Origin: Gammaproteobacteria bacterium
Lineage (GTDB): Bacteria > Pseudomonadota > Gammaproteobacteria > Steroidobacterales > JBCCMA01
Length of the DNA: 64,000 nt
Assembly (NCBI GenBank): GCA_045106455.1
Contig: JBGCEL010000009.1
Coordinates: 70,790-134,789 of the forward strand
Reading direction: 5' to 3'
Below are positions 1-8,555 of this stretch, one piece after another. The notes beneath the pieces are model-generated. The model was not told the origin of the DNA, did not search any database, and saw only the letters and a program-made list of their open reading frames with translations. Within the stretch, counting starts at the first letter, position 1. The number at the start of each line of letters is the position of its first letter. A program made the translations under genes and the position numbers.

Positions 1-343
1 GCGGCACCACCCACTCCGGTTTCGCGCGCACAAAGCTTGCGTAGCCGCCGTCCACGTTTTCGCCCAGACCGCAGCCGGTGATGACCACCTCGTCGCCCGG
101 TTTGAACTCGGCGCTGTCCGAGCTGTGCACCACGCCTGCAACGTCGATGCCCGCGACCAGCGGGAACGACTTCATGATCGCGCCCTTGCCGGTGCACGCC
201 AACACGTCTTTGTAATTGATACTTGAGTAGCGAGCTTTGATGACGACCTCGCCGGGCGAGAGATCGTTCAGAGTGAGCGAGTCGACGCGCGCTGACACGC
301 GATCGTCCTCGCGGTGTACACGCAGTGCGGGAAATGACGTCAT
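1..343 (-). CDS. YhdH/AcuI-type MDR-family NADPH-dependent oxidoreductase (quinone/acryloyl-CoA reductase-like). Only the N-terminal part is present; the gene runs off the window start.
   Basis: Not in the ORF track because the window edge truncates it. A reverse-strand ATG at 343..341 is preceded by GAGG. My translation MTSFPALRVHREDDRVSARVDSLTLNDLSPGEVVIKARYSSINYKDVLACTGKGAIMKSFPLVAGIDVAGVV... matches the conserved N-terminus of YhdH/AcuI reductases. Confidence 0.75.
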   Translation of the reverse strand, partial: MTSFPALRVHREDDRVSARVDSLTLNDLSPGEVVIKARYSSINYKDVLACTGKGAIMKSFPLVAGIDVAGVVHSSDSAEFKPGDEVVITGCGLGENVDGGYASFVRAKPEWVVP

Positions 344-373
344 GACGGACCTCGGAGCTTGATAACCTGGTCG

Positions 374-1339
374 CTAGATCTCACCAAGCTTGCGCAAGCG
401 ATGCAACCACACGTCCAAACCTTGTGCATTCAAATCGATATCGGAGCCCACAACCGCTTCGCGCTGACCCACGCCATCTTTCACGCCGTGTTGTTTGAGT
501 TCGCGAAACAAATAATTGCGCATATCCCGCGCAATCGCCATCGCGCGGTTGCTGGTTTCCACGTGCGCCTTGGCGATGTCGACGAACGCATCGAGTCGAC
601 GGTGCAGATCTTGAGCGAGCTTGGGGATATTGCCAACACGGCTGTAATGCGTGAGGTAAACCGTGTCGGGGTTGTAGCTTAAGATACGATCGTAGGAATC
701 GTGCGCCGCCACCGGATCAAACTGCGTGGGTGTGGTGGTGGGGAAAATAAACGGCCCTGCCGCCGTGTCGGTCTCGCGATACGACACGCCAAACGTGTCG
801 CCGCTAAACACCGCTCGATGCGCCGCATCCACAATGCAATAGTGATGCAAAGCATGGCCGGGCGTGTGCAAAAACAATAGACGCCGATCGCCGAGCATAA
901 GCTCATCGCCGTCCTCCACGATCACAACACGCGCCTCGGGCACGGCAACAATCTCGCCATACAGTTTGTCGTACAACGCATCGCCATACACCGCACGTGA
1001 ACCGGCGATCAGCTTGGTCGGATCGATCATGTGCGCCGCGCCGCGCGGATGCAGCACCACTTTGGCGTTGGGCAGGGATTGCAGCAACGTGCCGGCGCCG
1101 CCTGCGTGATCCAGATGAATGTGGGTGAGGAAAATATAGTCCACACACTCAGGCGTAAGATCTTGCTGCAGCAACGCATTGAGAAGATAGCGCGCGCTAT
1201 GGCTGGTGCCGGTATCGACGAACGCCGCGCGTCCGTCCTGCACAATTAAGTGACTGGCGTCCATAAGTGGACGAACGTAGTGGGTGTCGATGGCAACAAC
1301 GCCATTGCCCACATCAATAATTTGCGGTGTGTCGTGCAT
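374..1339 (-). CDS. MBL-fold metallo-hydrolase
   Basis: The ORF 374..1603 contains the HxHxDH motif (THIHLDHAGG). I moved the start to the internal ATG at 1339 (MHDTPQIIDVGNG...), because the upstream 88 codons are low-complexity and overlap the divergent gene at 1416. Confidence 0.85.
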   Translation of the reverse strand: MHDTPQIIDVGNGVVAIDTHYVRPLMDASHLIVQDGRAAFVDTGTSHSARYLLNALLQQDLTPECVDYIFLTHIHLDHAGGAGTLLQSLPNAKVVLHPRGAAHMIDPTKLIAGSRAVYGDALYDKLYGEIVAVPEARVVIVEDGDELMLGDRRLLFLHTPGHALHHYCIVDAAHRAVFSGDTFGVSYRETDTAAGPFIFPTTTPTQFDPVAAHDSYDRILSYNPDTVYLTHYSRVGNIPKLAQDLHRRLDAFVDIAKAHVETSNRAMAIARDMRNYLFRELKQHGVKDGVGQREAVVGSDIDLNAQGLDVWLHRLRKLGEI

Positions 1340-1415
1340 AAGATTGAAGAGTGTACCGGAATGCACATGATGTAGAATCAGGACATATCCGATATTTTCA
1401 GCAAGGGAACGGACT

Positions 1416-2189
1416 ATGACCAAAGTTAACACCACCGCAGCATTTGATTGTGCACAGCAGGGCGATAGTGCCTGGCCGCTCAGCGTCATGCTCGTTCTCG
1501 CTGTCTTTGTTTTTGCGTTGCTTGGGAGCCCCGCTATGGCCAATGATCGAACCGTTACCGTTTCTGGCAGTGGCGAAATTTCCGCGCCGCCCGATCGCGC
1601 CACTATGACGCTCGGTGTGGAAGCACGTGGCAGCGATCAAAAGGCAACGCAACGCGAAGTGGAATCCGTGGTGCGCAAATTTATTGCCGCCTGCGACGAG
1701 TTTGGTATTGCCAAGGGCTCGGTCAAAACCGCCCAGCTCAACATTCGTCCCGAGTACAATTGGCGTAAGGGCAATTCGCGTGAGCTGATCGGCTACTACG
1801 TACATCGCTCGTTGGAAATAAAACTCGACGACATCTCCAAGCTTGGGCTGGTAATGGAAGAGGCCACCAACCTCGGCGTCAATCAGGTGCAGTCGCCTAC
1901 GCTCGAGTCCAGTCGCAAGGATGATCTGCTGCGCGAAGCGCTGGCCAAAGCCGCCACCAACGCGCGGTTAAACGCCGAGACGGTGGCCACTACGCTTGAG
2001 GCCAAAGTGGGCAAGGTGCGCAACATCAGCACCACAAACGTGTCGTTTCGCCCGCCGCCGGGCCCGCGCATGATGGCCATGGAAAGTCGCAGTGCGGCGG
2101 TCAGCAAGAGCGGCGCGGATACGTTTGAAACCGGTGAGGTGAAATACTCGGCCGATGTCACGGTCGAGTTTGATCTGATCGTAAACTAG
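1416..2189 (+). CDS. SIMPL/DUF541-family periplasmic protein (BP26-like)
   Basis: 257-aa ORF with a signal-like segment (MLVLAVFVFALLGSPAMA). The body resembles the SIMPL family (TVTVSGSGEISAPPDRATMTLGVEA..., ...YSADVTVEFDL). The start may be an internal Met. Confidence 0.75.
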   Translation: MTKVNTTAAFDCAQQGDSAWPLSVMLVLAVFVFALLGSPAMANDRTVTVSGSGEISAPPDRATMTLGVEARGSDQKATQREVESVVRKFIAACDEFGIAKGSVKTAQLNIRPEYNWRKGNSRELIGYYVHRSLEIKLDDISKLGLVMEEATNLGVNQVQSPTLESSRKDDLLREALAKAATNARLNAETVATTLEAKVGKVRNISTTNVSFRPPPGPRMMAMESRSAAVSKSGADTFETGEVKYSADVTVEFDLIVN

Positions 2190-2947
2190 CCGGACTGCAC
2201 GCTGGTTTCCCAGCCGTCGTAATCACCGTTGTGCTCGCGAGCCTTGTTCGCGAGCGTGATGGTCACTTCGCTCACGTTGCTCAAGGTGGGCGCCAGCTCG
2301 TGGAAAAAGCGCACGCGGTGGCTGTGCTCGGCGTCCACACTGTCTTCGGGGTTGACGGCCTGCGCGCTCTCAATGGAGTAGGACTCGGACTCGAGCCAGG
2401 ACACAAACGCTCCCATCTGATCTTCATCACCGAAGTACGCCCAGTGCTCGACTTTGCGCGCGGTGTTTAGATCGTCACCGCGCAAACGCAGCTCATCGAT
2501 GGTGCGCATGTCGGCTGCAATCTGGCGCTCGTCTTCGTTGGGATAAAGATCCTGCCAATAGCCTTCGCGCCCGGTATCCACTCGGGTGGTAAACCGTAGC
2601 TCGTAGCCGGTTTGCTGCGCGAACGCATCCACCATGGTTTTGCAGTCTTCATCGCATAAATCGACGTAGTAATAAAAAATGCGTAGCCCGGCCACGGTGA
2701 CGCGGCCCACCGGCACACCTTCGTATTCGCGGATCTGGGTTTCGAGCACTTGCTCAAGCAGGTTCAGATCATCCAGCTCGGTCTTTTGCGGCAGACCCTG
2801 TTCGTTGGGCGCTTTGATCGTGGCCTTTATCTTTAACAGCGACGTAGGCGCCAGCCCGTCAATAGTGTCGCTGAGGCCATGATCGTAGGCCACAAACGCA
2901 TTGTGGTCGCCAATCTGGCAGACAAATACTTCCCAGTGTTCTGACAT
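2186..2947 (-). CDS. DUF695 / RraB-like (RNase E inhibitor family) domain protein
   Basis: 253-aa ORF. The C-terminal half (IDELRLRGDDLNTARKVEHWAYFGDEDQMGAFVSWLESESYSI) resembles the RraB/YjgD fold, and the N-terminal half resembles DUF695. Confidence 0.6.
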   Translation of the reverse strand: MSEHWEVFVCQIGDHNAFVAYDHGLSDTIDGLAPTSLLKIKATIKAPNEQGLPQKTELDDLNLLEQVLETQIREYEGVPVGRVTVAGLRIFYYYVDLCDEDCKTMVDAFAQQTGYELRFTTRVDTGREGYWQDLYPNEDERQIAADMRTIDELRLRGDDLNTARKVEHWAYFGDEDQMGAFVSWLESESYSIESAQAVNPEDSVDAEHSHRVRFFHELAPTLSNVSEVTITLANKAREHNGDYDGWETSVQSG

Positions 2948-2973
2948 ATCCCGCCCTCTGGATGATCCGCGCG

Positions 2974-4869
2974 TCAGGCCGATTTCTGCGTTCGCGGCGC
3001 GCTGCGTCGTTTCAAGTGTACCAGCAGTATGGACACCGCAGCCGGCGTCACACCCGCAATACGCGAGGCCTGCCCGATGGTGGCGGGGCGTTGCTCACTG
3101 AGCTTCTGGCGCACTTCATTCGACAAGCCGTCGATGGCGGCGTAATCCAGATCGGCTGGAATCGCGGATTTTTCGTAGCGACGCTGGCGATCAATCTCGG
3201 TCTGCTGCCTGGCAATGTAGCCGCTGTAGCGGGCCTGAATTTCAATTTGTTGCGCCACGGCCGGATCGGTCGTGCCCGCGCCCACTTTGCTCAAACTACT
3301 CAAGCGCTCGTAAGTCATGCCGGGGCGGCGCAGCAAATCGAACGCTTTGGCTTCGCGCGTGGCCGGCTGATCGCCCACCTCATTGAGCAGCGCCGTCAGT
3401 TCGTCGCCCGGATGCACGGTCACTTTTTCCAGTCGCGCGGTCTCTGTCGCCACGGCTTCGCGTTTGGCTTCAAAGCGCGCGAAGCGCTCGTCGTCCACCA
3501 GACCCAGTTCGCGTCCTTTGGGCGTGAGACGCAAATCCGCATTGTCTTCGCGCAGTAGCAAACGATACTCGGCCCGGGAGGTAAACATACGGTAAGGCTC
3601 AAGCGTGCCCTGCGTGACCAGATCGTCTACCAACACGCCCAGATACGCCTCATCACGACCCAGCGTGAAGGCGTCTTTGCCCTGCACCTGAAGTGCTGCG
3701 TTGGTGCCTGCCAAAAGACCCTGTGCCGCGGCCTCTTCATAGCCAGTCGTGCCATTAATCTGACCGGCGAAAAACAGGCCTTCGATGCAGCGGGTTTGCA
3801 GCGTGTGCTCCAAGCCGCGCGGATCAAAAAAGTCGTATTCGATCGCGTAGCCCGGGCGGGTGATGTGAGCGTTTTCAAAGCCCACAATGCTGCGCACAAA
3901 ATCGTACTGCGCTGTGTAGGGCAATGAGGTTGAAATACCGTTGGGGTAATACTCGTGGACTGTTAAGCCTTCGGGCTCGACAAAAATCTGATGCGAGGTC
4001 TTGTCGGCAAAGCGCACAATTTTATCTTCGACCGAGGGGCAGTAGCGCGGCCCGACACCGTCGATGGCGCCGGTAAACATAGGCGATTCGGGAATCGCCG
4101 CGCGAATAATGTCGTGCGTGCGCTCATTGGTATGCGTGATGTAGCAGGGCACCTGACGGGGATGATCTGCAGCACCGCCAATAAATGAGAACACCGGGCG
4201 CGGATCGTCGCCGGGCTGCGCCTGGAGTTTGGAAAAATCGATGCTGCGCCCGTCGATGCGTGGCGGCGTGCCGGTTTTGAGCCGATCCACCGTAAAGGGA
4301 AGTTCACGCAGACGCTCAGCCAGTCGATTCGACGGCGGATCGCCGGCCCGACCACCCGCATAATTGGCGCCGCCCACATGGATGCGTCCGGCCAAAAACG
4401 TACCCACGGTCAGCACCACGGCCGGCGCGTGAAAGCTCAGGCCCATCTGCGTAACGGCGCCCGTCACGCGCTCGCCCTCGATGATTAGATCTTCCACAGC
4501 TTGTTGAAATATATGGAGATTTGGCGTGTTTTCCAGCGTGCTGCGAATCGCATTGCGGTACAGCACGCGATCGGCCTGGGCTCGCGTGGCACGCACAGCA
4601 GGGCCTTTGCGGGCGTTGAGCGTGCGAAATTGAATGCCGGCAGCATCCGCGGCGCGGGCCATCGCACCGCCCAGCGCATCCACTTCTTTGGTCAGATGGC
4701 CTTTGCCAATGCCGCCAATGGCCGGATTGCAGCTCATTTGCCCCAGCGTATCGATGCTGTGGGTCAGAAGAAGCGTGCGCGCACCCATGCGCGCCGCGGC
4801 CAGGGCCGCTTCGGTACCCGCGTGGCCGCCGCCAACGACGATCACCTCATAATTGTGCTGATGCGACAT
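2974..4869 (-). CDS. mnmG: tRNA uridine 5-carboxymethylaminomethyl modification enzyme MnmG (GidA)
   Basis: 631 aa. It has an FAD-binding N-terminus ([21 protein letters not shown]) and GidA-like sequence along its full length. Confidence 0.97.
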   Translation of the reverse strand: MSHQHNYEVIVVGGGHAGTEAALAAARMGARTLLLTHSIDTLGQMSCNPAIGGIGKGHLTKEVDALGGAMARAADAAGIQFRTLNARKGPAVRATRAQADRVLYRNAIRSTLENTPNLHIFQQAVEDLIIEGERVTGAVTQMGLSFHAPAVVLTVGTFLAGRIHVGGANYAGGRAGDPPSNRLAERLRELPFTVDRLKTGTPPRIDGRSIDFSKLQAQPGDDPRPVFSFIGGAADHPRQVPCYITHTNERTHDIIRAAIPESPMFTGAIDGVGPRYCPSVEDKIVRFADKTSHQIFVEPEGLTVHEYYPNGISTSLPYTAQYDFVRSIVGFENAHITRPGYAIEYDFFDPRGLEHTLQTRCIEGLFFAGQINGTTGYEEAAAQGLLAGTNAALQVQGKDAFTLGRDEAYLGVLVDDLVTQGTLEPYRMFTSRAEYRLLLREDNADLRLTPKGRELGLVDDERFARFEAKREAVATETARLEKVTVHPGDELTALLNEVGDQPATREAKAFDLLRRPGMTYERLSSLSKVGAGTTDPAVAQQIEIQARYSGYIARQQTEIDRQRRYEKSAIPADLDYAAIDGLSNEVRQKLSEQRPATIGQASRIAGVTPAAVSILLVHLKRRSAPRTQKSA

Positions 4870-4999
4870 AGTGCGCTCTGGGTGTGAATATGCAGCCCAA
4901 CACTATAACAAACCCGCCGCCACACCACCCAGAGGGCAGACGATCGATTGTGGTTGGTGGTTACTACTTCTTATTGGCGATCTGCGCTAGGGTTCGCCG

Positions 5000-6481
5000 A
5001 TGAATTCAATTCGCATATTGGCCTGGGCCGCGGCCATGGTTTTTTCGCTTGGTTTTACGACGCCCGGGGCGGCGGCGGCCGACGAGGCGCGCGCCAGTAT
5101 CGAGCTCGAACCCTGCCGCTTTGCCGGCCTTGGCGCACTGCGAGCGGTGCGCGGCGAGTGCGGCTCTCTCACGGTGCCGGTGGACTACGATGATCCAACC
5201 GGCGCCACCATCACACTGTCGGTGGCGCGGCTCAAAGCGTTGAAGCGCTCCACCGAGCCGGTGGCCATTACCGTTATTGCCGGCGGCCCGGGTCAGTCGT
5301 CGCTGGATTTTTATGCGGGCTACCACCCGGCGTTTCGGCGCATGCGCGAGGTGTACGACATTATCCTGGTTGATCAACGCGGCACGGGGGAATCGGCCAA
5401 GCTCGCCTGCGACACGCCGGACGACTCCATGGGCGGTCTTTGGACCGTCGAGCAGACCGTGGCCATCACGCAAACCTGTCTCGCCAAACTGAAACTGGAT
5501 CCGAAATTTTTCACCACCTCGATGGCCGTGCGCGATCTCGATGCTGTCCGCTCTGCGATGGGCTACGAGCAGCTGAGCGTCTACGGCATTTCCTACGGCA
5601 CGCGTGTAGCCCAACATTATTTGCGCCGGTATCCGAAACGCACGCACAGCGTCATTTTGGATGGTGTTGTACCGGTGGATGAAGCGCTGGGGCCGGACAT
5701 CGCACTCCTTGCAGAACGTGCGCTGCAAAGCGCGTTTGATCGCTGCGCCGACGATGCCGACTGTAACGCCGCGTTTCCGGATCTGGAAACCCGCTTTTCA
5801 GCGCTGATTGAGCGTATTCAGGACGCCCCCATAAGCGTGACGCTGAATCACCCGATCACGGCAGAGCCAACCACTCTGACTCTGGGTCATCTGGATTTGG
5901 CTGGCGCCATCCGTCTGTTGTCGTACGCGCCGCAAACGGTGGCGCTGCTGCCGCTAATGATTCATGAAGCGGCCGAGGGCAATTTGGTCCCACTGGCGGC
6001 GCAGGCGCTGACGGTGAGTCAGAATCTGGTGGATTCGATGGCCTACGGTATGCACAACGCCGTGGTCTGCGCCGAAGACGCGCCGTTTTTTGACGATGTA
6101 AATCGTGACGCGCTAGAACAAACTTATTTAGGCACGCCGATCTACGACAGTCTCGCGGCCGTGTGCGACGCCTGGCCCGCCGGCGTCATCGACGACGATT
6201 TCAAAACGCCGTTTGCCTCCGAGGTACCGGTGCTGGTGCTCTCAGGCGAAGCCGATCCAATCACGCCGCCAGACTACGGCAAGCGCGTGGTGGGCTATTT
6301 AAAGAACGCGCGGCATATCGTGGGTCTTGGCCAGGGCCACGGCATGGCGCCGGTGGGTTGCGCGCCCAAACTCATGGGCGACTTTGTGCGTGATCGTGAT
6401 CTGCAGGCGCTCGATGCCAGCTGCCTGAACCGACAGGGTCCAAGTCCGTTTTTCTTGAGCTTTGCGGGGCCAGCGCCATGA
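5000..6481 (+). CDS. Secreted alpha/beta hydrolase (S33, tripeptidyl-aminopeptidase/TAP-like)
   Basis: 493 aa with a signal peptide (MNSIRILAWAAAMVFSLGFTTPGAAAA). It has a nucleophile elbow (GISYG) and a TAP-like C-terminal region. Confidence 0.85.
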   Translation: MNSIRILAWAAAMVFSLGFTTPGAAAADEARASIELEPCRFAGLGALRAVRGECGSLTVPVDYDDPTGATITLSVARLKALKRSTEPVAITVIAGGPGQSSLDFYAGYHPAFRRMREVYDIILVDQRGTGESAKLACDTPDDSMGGLWTVEQTVAITQTCLAKLKLDPKFFTTSMAVRDLDAVRSAMGYEQLSVYGISYGTRVAQHYLRRYPKRTHSVILDGVVPVDEALGPDIALLAERALQSAFDRCADDADCNAAFPDLETRFSALIERIQDAPISVTLNHPITAEPTTLTLGHLDLAGAIRLLSYAPQTVALLPLMIHEAAEGNLVPLAAQALTVSQNLVDSMAYGMHNAVVCAEDAPFFDDVNRDALEQTYLGTPIYDSLAAVCDAWPAGVIDDDFKTPFASEVPVLVLSGEADPITPPDYGKRVVGYLKNARHIVGLGQGHGMAPVGCAPKLMGDFVRDRDLQALDASCLNRQGPSPFFLSFAGPAP

Positions 6482-7194
6482 TCGAAGCACGCGGACTGCG
6501 CAAAACCTTCGGCAAAGTGACGGCCGTCCAAGACGTCAGCTTTACCGCCAACGACGGTCAAATCACGGGCCTGCTTGGCCCCAACGGCGCCGGCAAATCC
6601 ACCACCTTACGCATGCTCTACACCGTGCTGCGTCCGGACCAGGGCACGGCTTTTGTGGATGACATCGATGTGGTCGCCGATCCCGATCAGGGTCGTCGCC
6701 AGCTCGGCGTGTTTGCCCACAATCCGGGGCTGTATCCCAACCTGACCGCACGCGAGAATATTCGCTACTACGGCCGGCTGTGTGGCCTCTCCGAGCAGGG
6801 CATTGATGAGCGCATCGAAGGGCTGTCACGCTTCCTCGAGCTCGACGATATTCTGGACCGTCGCACCAAAGGTTTTAGCCAGGGTCAACGCACCAAGATT
6901 GCCCTCGCGCGTTGCCTCGTGCATGAGCCCGGCAACATCATTCTCGACGAACCGACCAACGGTCTGGATGTTATGAGCACGCGTAATCTGCGTGAGCTGA
7001 TCGAGAAACTTAAGTCCGCCGGTAAGTGCATCGTTTTTTCGAGTCACATCATGCAAGAGGTGGCCGCATTGTGTGATCGCATCATCATTATTCACCGCGG
7101 CAAGGTGGCCGCGGCGGGCACGCCGGACGAAATTCGCGCACAAACCGGCACCGATGATCTGGAGGAATGCTTCGTTCGGGTCATCGATCAATGA
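6478..7194 (+). CDS. ABC transporter ATP-binding protein (ABC-2/NatA-like)
   Basis: Walker A (GPNGAGKST), signature (FSQGQRTK) and Walker B (IILDEP) are all present. Its ATG overlaps the upstream stop codon (ATGA at 6478..6481). Confidence 0.9.
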   Translation: MIEARGLRKTFGKVTAVQDVSFTANDGQITGLLGPNGAGKSTTLRMLYTVLRPDQGTAFVDDIDVVADPDQGRRQLGVFAHNPGLYPNLTARENIRYYGRLCGLSEQGIDERIEGLSRFLELDDILDRRTKGFSQGQRTKIALARCLVHEPGNIILDEPTNGLDVMSTRNLRELIEKLKSAGKCIVFSSHIMQEVAALCDRIIIIHRGKVAAAGTPDEIRAQTGTDDLEECFVRVIDQ

Positions 7195-7305
7195 CGCAAT
7201 CGACACTTACGTGCGCTAACTAACGATTTACGTTAACTGCCCGACCTGTCGCCCGAAGACTGTGGCACACTCGCGCCACCTTTTAGTTCGGGACTGCTTC
7301 CTACG

Positions 7306-8541
7306 TTGTCTCTACTGTTCCCCACAGACCATCCGAAACGAAAACTCCGTCTGAAACGATTTTTTATCGCGTTCGGCAGTTATGTCTTGTGGACGACGCT
7401 ATCACTGACTTTCCTGGCGGCCGATCCGGGCATTCTGCCCAGCAACTGGACGCTACCCCTGGCCACCGCCGTGCTGGCAACGAATCTGTTTTTCTTCTTG
7501 ATGCTGCGACTCGGTATTAGCGAAGGGCGCGCCGACCCGTCAATGGCGAAAGAGCAGATCATTGTTGCTATGACCTGGCTGCTTGTGCCGATCATTGCGC
7601 AAACCGGTTTGCGCGATCTGTTTTTGATTGGCTACGTGATGATCATGATGTTTGGGTTGCTGGCCCTGCGTGGCAAAGCGCTAAGCATGATCGCGAGCTA
7701 TGCCTTTGTGTCCTACGCCGCCATCGTGATGATCGATGCCCAGTTTTTTCCACTGCGTTTTGACGCCGGCGCCGAATTTCGCCGTCTTCTAATGCTTGGC
7801 GGCATGCTGGGCTGGTGCGCCTTTTTCGGCAACTACGTCAGTGCTCTGCGCCACAAGCTCAATGATCAAAACAAAGAGCTGACCGCAGCGCTCAAAGACA
7901 TCAGCAAACTCACCAGTGAAGACGATTTAACGCAGGCGTTTAATCGCCGCTACATCATGGATGCGCTGCATAAAGAAAAAGCGCGTTGCGACCGCAGCAA
8001 AGATCCGTTTAGCGTCGTGCTGATGGACATCGATCACTTCAAGGGCATCAATGATCGCTACGGCCATCTGGCCGGCGACCGCGTCCTGATTGGATTGTGC
8101 GAACGCATGCGCGGCGCACTGCGCGGCATGGATGTGCTGGACTCGCTCCAGCGCAGCGAACTGGCCCGCTATGGCGGCGAGGAATTTATCGTTCTACTGC
8201 CGCAAACCGAACTTGAAGGCGCACTGCGCTGCGCCGATCGTCTGTGCAGCGTGACGCGCGAACGTCCGTTTGAAGACGTATTTGACGTAACGATGTCGGC
8301 AGGCGTTGCCACTTACGCGCCGGGTGAGTCGGTGGAATCACTGCTGCAGCGCGCCGATCAGGGCCTGTACAAAGCCAAGGACGAGGGCCGCGATCGCGTG
8401 GTCTCGCTCGAAGTACCGCCGTTTGATCCCATCGCGGTGCACCCGTTCGAGGCGAGCCCGGTCGCCGCCGATGACACCGCACTGCCAAGCAATGTGGTGG
8501 TTGGCCAATTTGGGCAGGGCGTCTCTAAAGACTCCGTGTAA
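7306..8541 (+). CDS. Membrane-anchored diguanylate cyclase (GGDEF domain)
   Basis: TTG start. The N-terminal half is multi-TM and the C-terminal GGDEF domain has an intact RYGGEEF motif. No RxxD I-site lies upstream of it (the sequence reads RSEL). Confidence 0.85.
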   Translation: MSLLFPTDHPKRKLRLKRFFIAFGSYVLWTTLSLTFLAADPGILPSNWTLPLATAVLATNLFFFLMLRLGISEGRADPSMAKEQIIVAMTWLLVPIIAQTGLRDLFLIGYVMIMMFGLLALRGKALSMIASYAFVSYAAIVMIDAQFFPLRFDAGAEFRRLLMLGGMLGWCAFFGNYVSALRHKLNDQNKELTAALKDISKLTSEDDLTQAFNRRYIMDALHKEKARCDRSKDPFSVVLMDIDHFKGINDRYGHLAGDRVLIGLCERMRGALRGMDVLDSLQRSELARYGGEEFIVLLPQTELEGALRCADRLCSVTRERPFEDVFDVTMSAGVATYAPGESVESLLQRADQGLYKAKDEGRDRVVSLEVPPFDPIAVHPFEASPVAADDTALPSNVVVGQFGQGVSKDSV

Positions 8542-8555
8542 TCAGTCGCTACCTG

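Noticed and set aside
1340-1603. N-terminal 88-codon extension of the MBL-fold hydrolase ORF
   Set aside because: The extension is low-complexity, overlaps the divergent SIMPL gene start, and precedes a good internal ATG where family similarity begins.
7260-7285. TGGCAC-N5-CGCCA upstream of the first diguanylate cyclase gene, as a possible sigma54 promoter
   Set aside because: The -12 element lacks the required GC dinucleotide at the correct position. CGCCA gives CC where GC is expected.
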